Origin: Massalongia carnosa | Taxonomy: Eukaryota | Reading direction: 5' to 3' | DNA: 64,000 nt | Assembly (NCBI GenBank): GCA_965645245.1 | Contig: OZ287077.1 | Location: forward strand, 248,001-312,000 | Shown: piece after piece, positions 62,301 to 64,000 of the stretch | Layout: every line of letters begins with the position of its first letter | Numbering within the stretch: position 1 is the stretch's first letter | Made by a program: the position numbers and the translations under genes | The notes under the pieces: model-generated | Told to the model about the DNA's origin: nothing | What the model saw: only the letters and a program-made list of their open reading frames with translations | Databases searched by the model: none

Positions 62301-63104
62301 TAATGGTAGCGGGTAGCGATTTTTAACTGTCAAATTGTTCAGACCCCTATAATCCACGCAGAGCCTCAGGGTACCATTTGCCTTAGGCACGAAGAGAATA
62401 GGAGCTCCAGCTGGTGAGGTGGATGGCCGGATAAATCCATTAGCCAGGTGAGCATCGAGGTAGGCTCTTAGCACTGCAAGCTCTGTTTCTGATAGGCTAT
62501 AGATAGGTCCATATGGAGGCTGCTTTCCATCCACGAGGTCGATCGCATGATCATGGGGCCCGTGCTCTGGTAGCTCGGCTGCACTATCTTCAGAAAAGAC
62601 ATCTGCGAAATCCTTATAAGCCTCAGGGACCTTGATTTCTTGTACCTTCACTGAGGCTATTCTAGCTCGACGGCTCGAATGGATGTTATCTACACCTAGC
62701 GCCTTAGCATGGACCACGTAGGTCGGTGTATCTTCTGATAACGCCTCTTCTATGAAGACTTCTGGCTCTATAAGCTCTATCCGATGAGTAGTCATCATGG
62801 CCGATTGAACGCTTAGTTCTCGCCAATTCAGGGTCCTTGCTGACCAATCAATATCGGGATTGGCTAGCTGCAGGAATGGCATGCCCAACACGATATTATG
62901 AGGTATATCTGCTATTAGGAATGTTTCCTCAAAGAAACGTTGCAGACCTAATTGATCAGTTACCCCGAACACCAACAGACCCATGCCATGTGTCATGACT
63001 TGCTGGTGATTAATAGCTTCCAAACTGACGCTGGAGTGTAACACTGTCAGAGCGCATATATTTGCGTAAGCTCTAGAAATAAGGTTAACTTCACCCGCTG
63101 TCAA
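59358..63104 (-). CDS. pol: Gypsy Pol (PR-RT-RH-IN-chromodomain), 1248 aa open
   Basis: CVDYRGLN, YLDD, ETDASG, H-H-C-C, GPF and YLVHWKGY...TWEP. Confidence 0.97.
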   Translation of the reverse strand: MTAGEVNLISRAYANICALTVLHSSVSLEAINHQQVMTHGMGLLVFGVTDQLGLQRFFEETFLIADIPHNIVLGMPFLQLANPDIDWSARTLNWRELSVQSAMMTTHRIELIEPEVFIEEALSEDTPTYVVHAKALGVDNIHSSRRARIASVKVQEIKVPEAYKDFADVFSEDSAAELPEHGPHDHAIDLVDGKQPPYGPIYSLSETELAVLRAYLDAHLANGFIRPSTSPAGAPILFVPKANGTLRLCVDYRGLNNLTVKNRYPLPLVGESLDRLGRAKQYTQLDLTAAYNRIRIKKGDEWKTAFRTRYGHFEYCVMPFGLSNAPASFQAYINKALALKLDVFCIVYLDDILIYTEQKGKAHEDAVRWVLEQLRKHGLFCNLQKCRFSTDEVEFLGYVINPKGVYMRKDRIQAVQNWPRPTCVRDVQVFIGFANFYRRFIRGFSKIAGPLTAMLKTKPANHRQKAPKGVESEFLTEEALEAFEKLKKSFIEAPVLRHYDASKPVRVETDASGYAIGGILAQQDDEGQWHPVAYYSRKMLPAERNYETHDAELLAIVEAFKIWRHYLEGSSHEILVLTDHNNLTRFMDTKRLSGRQVRWAQELSRYNFRIDYRQGKRNPADGLSRPPTAGDDDGEVLVENRKTLHLLQTSLADKNARVCLMRAMSGESLDDASGPTGSHHGEIWKIITCGTLVVPKVKAYWSSLRNSLAQRESPYTQPASRGVLERLPELQQVDEVAITVRKRLATLKDSDVSGTQEVAPSSEPWSDSDHCLFHEGKAYIPASLRGEILELNHDDPLAGHFGKDKTIELVSRKYYWPSMKSDIARYVEGCDVCMSSKATRHKPYGNLQSLPIPTHKWKDITMDFVTGLPKSKDWRGVDYDSILVVVDRLTKMVHYEAVKKTLTAEQLAEVLRHCVFKYHGLPDSIVTDRGSLFTSNFWSSLCYYMKIKRRLSTAFHPQTDGQTERQNSTMEAYLRSYCRFEQDDWVQWLPTAEFAYNNTRHSSTKLTPFEANIGYHPRMSYEDNQDPRSKSKTAEEQAKNLRDLLAELKNNLQLAQDNQAKYHNRTVKERCYAPDDMVWLNSKHIKTKRNKKLEHKFLGPFKVLRPVGTQAYELELPKSWKIHPVFHVSLLERDTTRREVVDEQMAEQLEFEDDDMQEYEVECIRDSAVYAKEAEDGRPAGLYYLVHWKGYPDAEDTWEPVAGVKHLRKLLREFHEKNPTKPTAKSTPQATRTPSLAKETGRRTKRTK

Positions 63105-63999
63105 TTAGTGCTTTTGCTGTTTCTTTAGCGTGTGTTATTTCGTACTCTATGCAGGGTGCGACTTCCAATGTCTTAGGACTTGCCGATGCCTCTTTGATAG
63201 TAGTCGCCGGTAAGGAGGCAGCAGCGGCGACTATGCTTTTTTTTGGATGGGGACAGTCTTTTACCCAATGTTCGAGGGATCCACAATTATAGCAGCTATT
63301 CTTGTTATTATCTTGTATCTCGGTCACAGTGCCTAGCGGAATGGCATTGCTATTTGTCGACGGCGCGCTAGTACCAGCCGGAGCCGCATTCCTGCCGCCT
63401 CGGCCTCTTCCGCCTCTATTGCCTCTTCCGTGGTGACTACCTCGATGACCTCTTCCGCCTCGACCTCCGCGATGATTAGTTGGATATGGTTCTCGGCGGC
63501 CCTGATCGTTAGAAGCCTGGGCACCTTGCTCCCGCCTGGAGTAGCCTCTACCTGTTGATGATGGCAACACAGCCGCTCCCTCAGCTAGTTGTGCATCACT
63601 GATGAATTCCGCTATGGTAGCGGGATGTCGATGACCTAGTGCTAAGGAATTCCGAATTATTGGTATGACTCCCGTACGAAGCTTCTGGACCATCTGTTCT
63701 TCGGTAATAGGATGTTCCGGATCTGCATCGGCTAATATTGTTCGTAGGCGTTGTAAGTGGGCCGCAAAGGATTGAACAGTATCATTGGGACGTTGTTGTG
63801 CATGATGGTACTGCATCCAGGTTCGATCTTTGAAAACTTCTGTAGAGCCTAGTTGATTCATGAGGTTCTTTTTGAACTCCTTCCAGGTAAGATTCAGATG
63901 ACCCCCTCGTGATAGTATCTCATGCCAATTGTCGCTAGGGGTGTCTCGAAGGTAGCTGCCTGCATAGGCTATACGACGATCTTGTTCCGTTTCAGGCAT
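63091..63999 (-). CDS. gag: Gypsy Gag (partial) with CCHC knuckle and start of the protease
   Basis: CYNCGSLEHWVKDC; ends ALIDSG at a frameshift. Confidence 0.9.
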   Translation of the reverse strand: MPETEQDRRIAYAGSYLRDTPSDNWHEILSRGGHLNLTWKEFKKNLMNQLGSTEVFKDRTWMQYHHAQQRPNDTVQSFAAHLQRLRTILADADPEHPITEEQMVQKLRTGVIPIIRNSLALGHRHPATIAEFISDAQLAEGAAVLPSSTGRGYSRREQGAQASNDQGRREPYPTNHRGGRGGRGHRGSHHGRGNRGGRGRGGRNAAPAGTSAPSTNSNAIPLGTVTEIQDNNKNSCYNCGSLEHWVKDCPHPKKSIVAAAASLPATTIKEASASPKTLEVAPCIEYEITHAKETAKALIDSG

Positions 64000-64000
64000 G

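Larger units (their letters stand above)
58161..64000 (-). mobile_element. Ty3/gypsy chromovirus 3; 5' part beyond the window
   Basis: 3' LTR at 58161-58980 (TGTAATAG...TCTCACA on the minus strand), PPT AGAAGGGAGGT. Confidence 0.95.

Noticed and set aside
1..64000. Heavy RIP
   Set aside because: Identical LTR pairs and long open TE ORFs persist; only scattered C>T/G>A stops and short AT-rich patches. RIP indices were not computed.
1..64000. tRNA/rRNA genes or an intact Starship captain
   Set aside because: None recognisable by eye.

Overview
Eukaryotic, almost certainly filamentous ascomycete (Pezizomycotina) DNA: GT-AG introns with CTAAC-type branch sites, fungal gene families, and a very high transposon load. 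Transposons: a Tc1/IS630-like DD37E element, a piggyBac-like element plus a second fragment, a full Ty1/copia with identical LTRs, a copia-type TRIM, three Ty3/gypsy chromoviruses, several solo LTRs, a hAT-type MITE family and pogo relics, many of them nested. Between them lie mostly disrupted conflict/allorecognition-type genes: a patatin-NB-ARC NLR, TPR and HET-associated fragments, two inverted PD-(D/E)xK-like paralogs enclosing a kinase, a methyltransferase fragment and an ankyrin-deaminase, and an SNF2-like helicase. Two host genes look intact: a 5-exon Zn-dependent polyol dehydrogenase and a 3-exon orphan. Most notable: (1) an intact Tc1-like DD37E transposon with a 5-bp TSD instead of TA, inserted in the NLR P-loop; (2) the inverted nuclease-like pair with a homogenised tract around an ankyrin-deaminase; (3) a copia gag-pol UGA-CARYYA readthrough signal; (4) a piggyBac-like element without TTAA flanks. 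All family assignments come from motif recognition by eye; no database search was run.
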